NCBI RefSeq assembly: GCF_001194135.2
Contig: NC_068998.1
Coordinates: forward strand, 19,299,296 to 19,363,295
Direction: 5' to 3'
Length of the DNA stretch: 64,000 bases
Source: Octopus bimaculoides
Lineage: Eukaryota
This document shows, one piece after another, positions 50,616 to 62,127 of this stretch. Position numbers and translations under genes: made by a program. How positions within the stretch are numbered: position 1 is the stretch's first letter; each line of letters begins with the position of its first letter. Below the pieces are notes generated by a model. The model saw only the letters and a list, made by a program, of their open reading frames with translations. It had not been told where the DNA came from and did no database searches.

Positions 50616-51430
50616 CATTTTCGTCAGCAAATATTGTCCAAGTTGTCTTCAGATTGGATACCACGTATCTTGGCATGCCAACATGGAGTCAGCCAGACCA
50701 GCTTCCCACGAAAAAGAAATCTACGCATTTAGTCGACAAGACAATAAGCTATTACTATTGTGTACAAACGAAAGTTTCAATAAATAATGATGATATTCTA
50801 CAAGTGAAGAAAATGGCACGGAGAGTTTTAAAAGTCGTTACAAAACTCTCATGATAAATGTAGTGATTGATATGGATAAGGGTCGATTTCCCTCGAAGGA
50901 GAATGACCGCCATCACGAGATTTTTGCGCTTAACTAGTTGAGCGAAGCTGAGTGACTGACAACAAAAGGCCAGCAGAAACAGCAGTTGGTGTTGAGGGTT
51001 GGGGTGGGTTCAGATTGCATTCAACATGCTGTCAAAACAGTTTTAAAATAAACAAAAACTTATCTTTATTTTGAAAGCCAAAAAGAAAATAATTTTGAAA
51101 TTTTTTCAAGCAAAAAAAAAAAAAAAAAAGAAAGTTTATTCTTTGTAAGCATGAGAATGGTGATTCTGTTTTCGGAAGCATCATTTATGAGTATCAAACA
51201 TTTTTAACATGGCTGGAGAATAAACGAAAATATCGAATATTTATTAATATATTTATTCGAAATATATTTCCATTATTTATAATAAACTATTCAAATATTA
51301 AATAAATATATATATAATGTTCAGTTTATTTCATGGAATAATGTTCTACAAGTCGCATGTTTGTGAGCGCCGTCAAACCATTGTTATGTCATGGCGTCGT
51401 CTTCATGACGCCCACATACAAGCCAGCTTT
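50616..51430 (-). promoter_or_regulatory. Putative promoter and first exon of an unidentified minus-strand transcript
   Basis: CpG-retaining region with GGCGTC-N8-GACGCC at 51393-51412 and a donor AAAATG|gtaatg at 50616/50615. No recognisable protein. Confidence 0.35.
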
Positions 51431-53029
51431 ATAATATGATTAGAATTATTAATAGACCATACAAGTTAAAGCGAGGAATACAATTAAGTCTTCCTATGCA
51501 GCTTGTTAGGTTGTTTCTTTTTTTTTTTCAGTTATCTCAAATCCCTATAATTATTATTCCAAGAATGATGATTATATTACTACTTTTAAATTCTGACAGA
51601 AAGTTGATTAATTCTTTTAAGTTTACTGTAATTAAAATATAGAATTATGATTCTTCAAAAAATAAATTTTTAATCAGATATTAAATGGAAATTCCATGTC
51701 TTCAATTTTTTTTAAAATAGAAATAATATATACTGTACAAAAAATTTCAGAAAAAAAAAGCATTGAATCTTTTTTTTTTTTTTCAAAGACTGCTAAAATA
51801 GACCAAACTTTCTTATGTTTGGTAATGTCTTGGGTGAGATAAACTAGGTTTCGACATTTCCCAGATATTTAAGACAAGGTAGCAGCCATTTAAACATAAA
51901 TGTTAAGACACATCACAGGAGGGGGATATGGAGACATGTAAGCTGACAGGAATTATCTAATACAATATATTTTCATTGCACATACATACACACACACATA
52001 TGTGTGTTTATATGTGTTGTTTGTATCAAGTATGTGTGTGTATGTGTATATATATATAGTGTGTGTGTACGTATGTATGTGTTAGCAATCATATTCTAAG
52101 TATCAGAGGTTAGAATCATTATTTAAACAAATGTTTATATATCGTATTACTGTTGAATAAATTACTAATCTTTATAAGAGGTAGATACGTAAAAATACAT
52201 TATATAGTAATTTTAAAGGATTTGATTAAATGGAAATACAAATTAAAGTAGAAATTGCTTCTATGCTTTGTTGTAATATGAAAAAACATTTTTATTGTTA
52301 GGGCCAAACTAAACTAAACACTATAAAATAAAAATGATTACATTTAGTAATTCAATCATTCAATGAGCAAAGGACAGTGTTACCGGAAAATATTGTTTCT
52401 TCTTTAAGCAAATATTTACTTTGATTCAAAAACCACTTTTTACTCCAAGAGTAAAAACTTTTACAAGAAGCATGTTCCTAAACTTAGACATGCAATTAGT
52501 GAATTTTTCATACATAAAAGAACAATTTATATTTTAACAACAAATCTCCTGTTATATTATTTTCTCATAATTTTAGACACCAAAAGAATATATAATTTTA
52601 ATACTCTAATGAGATAAAATGTACTTTTAGGGATAAGCAATGGAATTTAAGAAGACAAATAACAATTGGTTTGCATTAACAATAAATTCCTTTTGTCACA
52701 CGTATTTTAATAAATTTTTGAACATAAGACTTCACACCTGGGTACCTGTTCTTGTGTATGCATTAAATGTTTGAACACACATACACACACACATACATTA
52801 TATACATACATATGATCATTTTGATGGTGATGAACAATTGGAGAGGGTGTGTTATCACTGATTCGCAAGCTTCCTGCCTCAGAAATGGAACTTCCCTTCA
52901 CCAGCTTGTCCTTGGATAGCTGTGTCAGATGAATCATTATTCTATTTGTTCATTTTTTTTGAAACACCTCTACCAATTATCAGGAACAACCTACAGAGAA
53001 CTGAAACAAACAAACCAAAGAAAACATTG

Positions 53030-54090
53030 AACCAAGACCAACATACCTATGACATCTAAATAGATACCATGCATCTTATCTATTACCTGAGTTGTAATTT
53101 TTTCCATAACTTTCATAACCTGGCCCAATAATTTGACGCTTCTGCAGTTGCTTCTCTCTGGTGCATCTATCTTCTTTGCTTTGTAGTATTTGATAATGAG
53201 GATGCTGACTACATAAGTGAATAGCTTCTGCCCTACTATCTCTGACATATCAATTATCTCAGTAACTATCAACGATAGACCAGATGCTTTACTTGCTTCC
53301 ATAACCTTAATTATGCTTACTATGATACTGCTATCATCTTGAAATGCTGTTGGGCCTATCTAGAAAAGACCCTCATTCTCTTATGCATTTTCCATATGCA
53401 ATGACTTCTTGTATAATAGCACTTCTATACCTCTTACTTTTTAGCATCAGTAAAGGTATGTGTACCTTAATAATTTCACACTTCTCTCTAATGGTGTCTT
53501 GATGCTCGTCCATACAATGTTTTGCAATCTGAAACACTTTGAGCTTCTGATCTTCATGCTACACAACACTGGAAAACCTCTTTCTGCTGCTCCTCTTGCA
53601 AAGTATACCTAACATCTAATTTTTCATCTAGCTGCTCTATACCTCTTTCTTTCTTCCAGTCCTTTCAGGGTCTTCTCTTAGTTTTCATTATTCCATCACC
53701 ATGCTACATTCCATCTGGTTGGAATCTCACTCACAAACCTGATCTGTTGTCCTCTGCAGGTTTTCACATAGGAACTTCCAGTTGTCTTTTATGTTATAAG
53801 TCTCCACCTTCACTTCCTGTTTGTAAAATGCTTCAACTAGTACTTCTCTGACCCAATAATTGTTTGATGGCTCCTTATACTTTCATTTCCATTTCCAAAC
53901 TGCTTTGAGGCATAGAGTTTCTTTAGCTCTTACTCTGAAGTCACAAATCACTAGTTTATTCTTCACTCAGCATTCAAAACTGATTTTCTATCATGTTTCT
54001 TTGTGATAATTTATCAGAAATTAGTGTTACAAATTGTTAAGCTATTAGCATCACAGAACTCCAGGAGCATTGTTCCTTCCTCATTCTGTG
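53030..54090 (-). mobile_element. Decayed RTE LINE
   Basis: ORF 52991..53302 contains KYYKAKKIDAPERSNCRSVKLLGQVMKVMEK. Confidence 0.75.
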
Positions 54091-55079
54091 TACTGTATTC
54101 ACAAGGTATATTTGTAATTTTTGTAGAGGACAATTGTACATCTAAGGACCTTCAAATACCAAACTGCTACTGTTAGATAATTGATTCTGAGTAAAGGAGA
54201 ATTGGGATGGTTTTCTCTCTCTTGTATTCTGAAGTTCCAAACAAGAGTTTCTATATAAATATATATATGATATATCTTCCCCTCCAGATGTTCCAGAGAG
54301 TTGAGATATAATGTGAAAAGATATTCCCAGTAGTTAAGATTTATGACTTTGTTTATATTTTTGACAGGTAAGGCCATAGTTATGAACAGTAGTCCAGCCT
54401 GCTCCAAACAGGGATTTCCAAGATGTCAACATCAATGCCAGCTCTCTTATAGTAAATGTTCTCAGTACCTAGCTACTGAACTCTAGACAGAATATAAATA
54501 TGTTTAGAGAAGCATGTATTGTCATCATCTCTGACACTGCTATTTAACTGTCATTTAACATCCACTTTCCATGCTGGCATGGCTTCTATGGTTAGATACC
54601 CTTCGTAATGCCAACCACTTTACAGAGTGTATTTGATGCTTTTTTCATGCCACCAGCACTAGTGAGATTGCCATGTAACTTGTAAGGAAAGGGAAAAGCT
54701 CCAATTACTAAGAAAAAATACTGAGGTGGGAGTGAAGAGTAGACAGGTGGCTGTGTGCCAAGAGTTGAAAAGTTTTGTCAATATTTGATAACATTCAGAT
54801 AGTGAGCTGGCAGAATCTTGTGCTAAAATTTGAAACCATTATTATTAGTACTAGCAAAAGGGGTTGACTTACTTCCCTTAATTTTTATTTACTTTTTTAC
54901 ACCCATAAATTGAACAATTACCCTCAACATCCACCAAATAATCATACTTTTTCATATTTTTTGCGCTAAAAAACCTTCCTCATTACCTCCTTCATAATCT
55001 CGAAAAACATTGTGACCATTGGTTCAGCTGTTTGACCGTGAAGAGGGAACACACTGACATAACACCCATTATAGTAAAA

Positions 55080-55295
55080 TTAAGGCAGCAAATTGACAAT
55101 CATTAGCAACCCAAGCAAATGCTTAGTGGCATTATGTCCGTCTTCATGTACTGAGTTCAAATTTCATTGTGGTTGATTTTGCCTTTCATTCTTTTGGGGT
55201 TGATAAAATAAGTACCAAATGAGTACTGGGGTCAATGTAATCAACTTACTCTTCCCCCAGAATTGCTTGCCTCGTACTAAAATTTGAAATCAATA
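55080..55295 (+). mobile_element. Second SINE family copy
   Basis: Colinear with 45135-45365. Confidence 0.6.
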
Positions 55296-55464
55296 TTTGA
55301 TAACATTATGAGAAATAAAAGGGAACCCTGAACGGTATCTTGCTGAACTCTACTAATTACCACAGATATTTGGACAGGTCTTGGCTTTCTGCCATCATCT
55401 GGCTTTGACTTTTCAGAGAATTAGAAATCCAAATACCTAAAATTCCAATTATGTCACACACATA

Positions 55465-56208
55465 CAGAATGCGATGAATAAACTGTCATCTAAATCACGC
55501 AAAAATGAAAATAACACTGACATCTCATTTTAACAAATATATTTAACAAAATTACATTATAATATCTTGAAATACTAAAGAGTAAATTTATTCAATAAAA
55601 TTGCCATTGGCTTCAACCATGGCCTCCAGACGACTTTAGAATCTTCTGCAACTCTTTTGGACGGTCTCCTTGGTTAAGTTGGTAAATGCTGCCATACTCC
55701 TTGCCTTCAGTTCATCTTTGGTGTTACAAGGAGTTTTGTTGTTCTGTCGCTCAACTGCACCCCACACATAATAATCAAGGGGGTTGCAGTCTGGGGNNNN
55801 NNNNNNAGGGCAACACTACCTCCTCCAGGCATTTGATGTAGGCCTCCATGTTGAGTTTGAGGCCATGTGGAAAAATGATTGGAGGCATAATATCACCATC
55901 ACTAATGATCACTCCAAATAACATGATGTTGACTGGATGTTTGATTTTTATCACTCTTGGTACATGTCCTCAGATTGACATCCAAACACTCTGAAATGTT
56001 TGTATTGGAGCTTCCAGCACAAATGCCAAGTAGCACAGCATGTCGTTTCCACATTTCTGACAGAGTGAATTGCATCATGGTGCTGTTTTCTCACAAATGG
56101 TGCCCAACTGACCCTTCTAAACTGTGGAGCCAACAAAATCAAAAACAAGCAATGTGCATGTCCAAAACTAACAATATAAAATGGCAAAAATTTACCCATT
56201 GCACCCTG
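55465..56208 (-). mobile_element. Internally deleted Tc1/mariner-superfamily element (maT/DD37D-like)
   Basis: TA-flanked degenerate TIRs (CAGGGTGCAATGGGTAAA versus CAGAATGCGATGAATAAA). Remnant peptides KHPVNIMLFGVISDGDIMPP and PDCNPLDYYVWGAVE...EANGNFIE*. Confidence 0.8.
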
Positions 56209-56214
56209 TATATA

Positions 56215-57005
56215 NNNNNNNNNNNNNNNNNNNNNNNNNNNNNNNNNNNNNNNNNNNNNNNNNNNNNNNNNNNNNNNNNNNNNNNNNNNNNNNNNNNNNN
56301 NNNNNNNNNNNNNNNNNNNNNNNNNNNNNNNNNNNNNNNNNNNNNNNNNNNNNNNNNNNNNNNNNNNNNNNNNNNNNNNNNNNNNNNNNNNNNNNNNNNN
56401 NNNNNNNNNNNNNNNNNNNNNNNNNNNNNNNNNNNNNNNNNNNNNNNNNNNNNNNNNNNNNNNNNNNNNNNNNNNNNNNNNNNNNNNNNNNNNNNNNNNN
56501 NNNNNNNNNNNNNNNNNNNNNNNNNNNNNNNNNNNNNNNNNNNNNNNNNNNNNNNNNNNNNNNNNNNNNNNNNNNNNNNNNNNNNNNNNNNNNNNNNNNN
56601 NNNNNNNNNNNNNNNNNNNNNNNNNNNNNNNNNNNNNNNNNNNNNNNNNNNNNNNNNNNNNNNNNNNNNNNNNNNNNNNNNNNNNNNNNNNNNNNNNNNN
56701 NNNNNNNNNNNNNNNNNNNNNNNNNNNNNNNNNNNNNNNNNNNNNNNNNNNNNNNNNNNNNNNNNNNNNNNNNNNNNNNNNNNNNNNNNNNNNNNNNNNN
56801 NNNNNNNNNNNNNNNNNNNNNNNNNNNNNNNNNNNNNNNNNNNNNNNNNNNNNNNNNNNNNNNNNNNNNNNNNNNNNNNNNNNNNNNNNNNNNNNNNNNN
56901 NNNNNNNNNNNNNNNNNNNNNNNNNNNNNNNNNNNNNNNNNNNNNNNNNNNNNNNNNNNNNNNNNNNNNNNNNNNNNNNNNNNNNNNNNNNNNNNNNNNN
57001 NNNNN
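56215..57005. other. Assembly gap (N run)
   Basis: Seen directly. Other gaps at about 35076, 36170, 39604, 40250, 55797 and 62128-62708. Confidence 0.99.
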
Positions 57006-57234
57006 ATATATATCGTGCCAAATGGAAAACAGACATTAAATGATGATGTATGTATGTATGTATGGTACATAAAAAAACCAACTACACTCTTGGAGTAGTT
57101 AGTGTTAGGAAGGGCATCCAGCAGCAGAAACCATGCCAAATCAAATTGGAACCAGGTGCAGCTCCCCAGCTTACCAGTTTTCAGTCAAACCATCCAACCC
57201 ATGCCAGCATGGAAAACAGACGTTAAATGATGAT

Positions 57235-57276
<42 letters not shown>

Positions 57277-57282
57277 TATATA

Positions 57283-58410
57283 CAAGGTACTTTCCAGAAG
57301 AATTGAGACTGTTTTAGGAGCGGTAATTATAACTGTCCTAGAGCATTGTAATTTTGATATCATTACTACACATCTAATAAGCTGACCTGCCAACTTTTAT
57401 TATTCCAGATTGAAGGAAACAACCGTAACAACACTTTGAACAAATCCTACTAAACACTGCTTATCACAGCTGGCTAGTTTGGAGAATACAATCAGGATGT
57501 GAAGAGAATTTGGAAGTTCACTATGCTACATGGTTTTGTGTTAAACTGGTAAAACAATGCTACAGAAACTTGTGAAATACTCCAGACGGCTTAGGGATCA
57601 ACTTGAATGAGTTGAACATCTGTTTTTTACTGGCACAAAAGGCCAGGCAAAGCAGCCCACTGGAAAGCTCATGATGATTTCTTTTTTGACAGCAAGGGCA
57701 TCATCTACATTCACTGGGTTCCCTTTGACTAGAGGGGTTTTCAAACTTTTTGACTTGTGGATCCCTTTATATTTCAGGCTTTACCTTAGGGACCCCCTTA
57801 TAAACACTTATGAAATTTATACATAAATATTTGCTTAAAATAACATATATTTTTACATTTATTTATTTAACAGTATTTAACAAATAGGTTTATTGTCAAT
57901 TAAAAGATTTCGATTAAAAAACATATATAAAATCAAATTGCCCATAAAAAGTATTTGCTGTCCATGGACCCCCTGTCTTGTCCATGCGGACCCCCTCTGG
58001 TCTGCGGACCACAGTTTGAAAACCCCTGGACTAGACAGTCAACAAAGAGTACTTTGTGGAGTTTTGAGGGAGTTCAAGAGGAGATTTCATCACAAAAAGT
58101 CAGAGCTCTTCCACTCAGATTGGTGACACCTGCACCAGGACAATGCGCCAGTCCACAATTCTATCCTAGTAGCCAACTACTTGACAGAGATGGACATCAA
58201 AACTGACCCTCATTCTCCCTACAGTCTAGACCTTGCTTTTTGTGACTTTTAGTTGTTCCTCAAGCTGAAGGAGAAAATGAAGGAGGCTCCTGGACACCTT
58301 CATTTTGGAGGACATCAATGGGGCCTTCATGAAGTAGCTGGAATGCCACAAGTGCACTGAAGTCAGAGGATTCTACTTTGAAGGAGATTAGAGTTTTGTA
58401 CTTCTCTAAG
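57283..58410 (+). mobile_element. Mariner relic interrupted by a hAT MITE
   Basis: Remnants of the N-terminal HTH (cvklvkNATET), then dskGIIYIHWVP, TVNKEYFVEVLR, HQDNAPVH and HSPYSLDLAFCDF*LFLKLK (YSPDL-type motif). Confidence 0.85.
57734..58028. mobile_element. hAT (Charlie-like) MITE nested in mariner
   Basis: TIR GGGGTTTTCAAACT ... AGTTTGAAAACCCCTG, with a TSD-like GACTAGA at 57727-57733 and GACTAGAC at 58029-58036. Confidence 0.75.
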
Positions 58411-58444
58411 TAATGCTGCATGGTAGTGAGACGTAAACAAGAAT

Positions 58445-58750
58445 GAAGATAGTATGCTCTACTGGATATGTAATGTCAGTGCACATGTGTGACAGAGTGC
58501 TAGTGTATTGAGAAAAAATTTAGATAAATTCGAAGCAGTGTGCAAAATAGAAGACTGTGCTGATTTGGCCATGTGTGAGGACAGTTGCATAAAGAGGTGC
58601 TGATCATTTAAAGTGGATGGAACATGTGGAAGAGGGAAACCCAAGAAGACATGGGAAAAGTATTGAAGGCTGATCTGAAGATGCTGAACCTTACAAATGA
58701 GATGACAAAGGACCAGGATATCTGGCACCTTGCTGTATTCAAGGAGGCCT
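58445..58750 (+). mobile_element. Older RTE LINE fragment (ORF C-terminus)
   Basis: Degenerate GTCGRGKPKKTWEKVLKADLKMLNLTNEMTKDQDIW. Confidence 0.75.
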
Positions 58751-58929
58751 GCTTACTACAGCAGAACTGATATCCTAAAACCACTTTGGTAGTGCTTGTC
58801 TGTGAAGGGCTAATATTTTAGCAGTTCCTTTTTTGCATTTCAGCCATGGGTGTGAACACTGTAGGAAAATTATCAAAAATATGTAATGTTATGGGAGTAC
58901 CATGTCTCAACTTTATATCCATTGAAATA

Positions 58930-59823
58930 AGCTGTATGATTATTTTGGTCAGTGTGCAAATGGCTATGCTGCATGGCAGTGAAACATGGGCTGTGACAGT
59001 TGAAGACATGCATAGGCTTGAAAGAAATGAAGCCAGTATGCTTCGCTGGATGTACAATGTCAGTGTGCATGTTCAATGGAGTGTAAGCATCTTGAGAGAA
59101 AAGTTAGGCATAAGAGGTGGTGTGCAAGAGAGATGACTGTGCTGGTATGGTCATGTGATGCATACGGAAGAGGACAGCTGTGTAAAGAAGTGCTGATCTC
59201 TAACTGTGAAGGGGACCTGGGGTAGAGGTAGACCCAGGAAGACACGGAACGAGGTGGTGAAGCATGATCTTCAAACTTTGAGCCTCACAGAGGTAATAAC
59301 TAGTGACCGAGACCTTTGGCAATGTGCTGTGCTTGAGAGGACCCACCAAGCCAAGAGCACCTGTTCTGGTGGCACATAAAGAACACCTTTTGAGTGTTGG
59401 GCCTCACGGAGGCAAAATGGCTGAGTTCCTTTTGAGTGTTGGGCCTCAGGGAGGCAAAGTGGTTGAGTTCCATTTGAGTGTTGGGTCTCACGGAGGCAAT
59501 GACCGAGACCTTTGGCATTATGTCGTGCTTGAGAAGAAAACCCATCAAGCTGAGCAAAACCGCAGTTGTAGCAGACACCGGTGTCACACAAATTGACACT
59601 TGTGCTAGTGGCACATAAAATCCCCCATGTCATGCTGGTGGCACATAAAAGCACCCATTACACTCTTGGAATGGTTGGTATTAGAAAGGGCATCCAGCTG
59701 TAGGAAACCATGCCAAATCAGACTGGAGTCTGGTGCAGCCTTCCAGCATGGCAGCCTGGTCAAACTGTTCAAACCATGCCAGCATAGACAATGGATGTTA
59801 AATGATGATGATGATGATGATGA
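58930..59823 (+). mobile_element. 5'-truncated RTE-clade LINE with ORF C-terminus, 3' UTR and (GAT)n tail
   Basis: GSETWAVTVEDMHRLERNEASMLRWM...WYGHVM...GRGRPRKT..VVKHDLQTL, then a 3' UTR containing GAAAGGGCATCCAGC, ending in (GAT)n. Confidence 0.9.
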
Positions 59824-60099
59824 AAATTGCCATACAGGATGTGAAACTTGTATTTGCGTGAACTTATGCTTGTCCATCTCCTAAGACAATGACACTTGAT
59901 TTTCCATGCATAGTACTGTTACATTAGACGCAGGGCAATTTTTGGACACATCTAAAAATAGAAAATGTGCGTTTTATGTCTTATACGACAGCATGTATGA
60001 TATACATACATATGTATAAAATATACTGCTCCATTATTAGTGGTATCAACACAAAAGTACTGCATCCAGTGAGAGATAAATATCTTTTTGATATACATA

Positions 60100-60296
60100 G
60101 GATTTGAATTTGAGTTACTATTAGTTTCATGCCTCTGTATATACAATGACCGGACAGACTTGCATAGCTTCTTGTGTATTTCCAACTCTGAATGATTGCT
60201 TAGAAATAAATACACAGCATGCTATGCAAGCAAAAACAATATCCGACCATTGTATTTTCAGAGGCATGAAACTAAATGTAGCTCGATTTTAAATCC
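60100..60296. repeat. Foldback inverted repeat (about 80-bp arms)
   Basis: ggatttgaatttgagttactattagtttcatgcctctg...cagaggcatgaaactaaatgtagctcgattttaaatcc, with a short spacer and no clear TSD. Confidence 0.7.
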
Positions 60297-61896
60297 ACTG
60301 TGTGTGTGTGCGCGCGCGGTAATTTTGTCGCATTTATACGTAAACAATGACCTTCAGTCAAAACAGAAGGGATGCTACAGAAACAACAAGCTGGACTGCA
60401 AAAATTCTAACCTATGGTGTTTTATTGTTAATGAATTATACTTCGAAACGGTAATTAAGTCAGTTTAATTAGTCTTCGAAATTAGTAGCTTCCTCATTGG
60501 CCCAGAAAGTATTATTTGCACTACACGTGTGGAATCACCCAAACGTCTGTATAAGTGTGTTTTTTTTTTATGTCTATAAAATATATACCATAAATCGGTA
60601 ATCAACTCAGTTAATTTTAGTAGTCACACTATATGTGTGCGCGTGTACGTGCGTGCTTGGAATCACTAGAACTTTGAGGACGGATAAGACGGTAGTCTAC
60701 CTCGGTTAGAGTAGTAAAATTAATGTTTGGTCGCTTGCGGAGAAGGAAAAGAAACATCGAAACATCAGCTCCCTCTGACAAAGGCTTTTTAATTCTAAAG
60801 GTTAAGACATTCCTTCTCAGCATACACTAACTCAACGTTATTCTTATCTCCACTGCTATCACAATTAATGTTGGGATCACCGAAGTTCAAAGTATTTGTA
60901 GAATAATATATTTGCGATTTGCATCTGCCATGATAGTCTAGGTTTGCTCTTGCGGAATTGGTTTGAATCATTCAACAACGATAATTGGTTCCATTTACAA
61001 CAGCATCATCCACAGCTACCTCCACTACCATCACCTCTAAACAAATATTCTCGGTTAGACCGACTACCTACGTGCTCTAAGTCTGCACGATAAGAGCTGC
61101 CACGGGACTTCTTAACAATTACTACCAGCACTACCACCACCGCCACCATTGTAATTGTTACAAATATCACCATTATGTGATTCCACCTTAACCTTCCCCC
61201 ACTTCCATTATCACCACAAATATGGACATAGTAACCATGACAATGTCAACTACAATCACCTCAGCCTTTTCCCTTTTCATTTACTGCTATTATCATCACA
61301 GTCATTCTCGTGATAACGACGGCGGATTCCACCATTACTTTATCGATGTTCTTTCCTCATCAGCATAAATCAGTGGTAAATTTCTACTGTCTTCACTCTC
61401 CAAACCATCTTTACATAAAAATGTCGAATCCCGGTCATGCCCTTGCAAAAGACATCAATGTTGCAACATACCGTATCCACCCACTCCCCATTCTATCAAC
61501 AAAACAAAAAAAAGACCTATTTGTGTGAGTTATATTAACATCGAATAGTGTTATCTTGTTACTTTTCACACGACGAATACTTATACATCAGTTGAATAAA
61601 GGGTAGTTATGAGCTTGATCATTTTATTAATCATTTTTATTATTTTCTGTAATTCTCGAACATGTCAACACATGTTATACATACCTTCAAACATACAAAT
61701 TAATTCAGCACCCAAGCAAGTACTCGTCTCCACGTGCATATATATTCGTAATGTTATTGTATAAAGTGAGATAACTCTTACTAACATTTACTCATTCTTT
61801 TCACTGATTATGACAAACGGTCCAGATGGACTATATGTAATCTGAACCTTTCCCCACTTATTATTTTTTTTTACGGAACCCCACGTTTTAGGCTAT

Positions 61897-62127
61897 GGAA
61901 ATTCCGATTCTGAAAAATTTTTTTCCAAAATCTCAATTTCAAAATTTCGACCCCCTCCCCCCGGTTTTTATATAGATCCACAGGGTAAACCTAACCCTAA
62001 CCCTGACCATAACCCTAACACTAGTTTTGTGAGATTTGGCTGTTATTTCTAGCATGTAAATAGCCTGCTTGGTGGGTGGGGGGAATTGAAATTTTTCAAA
62101 CAATTTTTTTTCAGAATCGGAATCTCC
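61897..62127. mobile_element. 231-bp MITE with GG-ended TIRs and internal telomere-like repeats
   Basis: Left end GGAAATTCCGATTCTGAAAAA; right end reverse complement GGAGATTCCGATTCTGAAAAA. Internal CCTAACCCTAACCCTGACCATAACCCTAA. The right flank is an N gap, so the TSD cannot be checked. Confidence 0.65.

Noticed and set aside
50654-50950. Short ORFs on both strands in the 51-kb island (MESARPASHE..., MAVILLRGKS...)
   Set aside because: All 66 aa or shorter with no recognisable motif; at most uORFs of the putative transcript.
51838-51880. GAAAC-CTA-GTT hammerhead-like half on the minus strand
   Set aside because: No CUGANGA (reads CTGGGAA) and no helix II.
55951-57139. Long ORFs of 305-376 aa (also 61939-62829 and 35868-36455)
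   Set aside because: They are open only because they cross N gaps.
59380-59510. Repeat-spacer pattern resembling a CRISPR array
   Set aside because: Eukaryotic context, near-identical spacers, and the repeat is RTE ORF sequence (LGLTEA).
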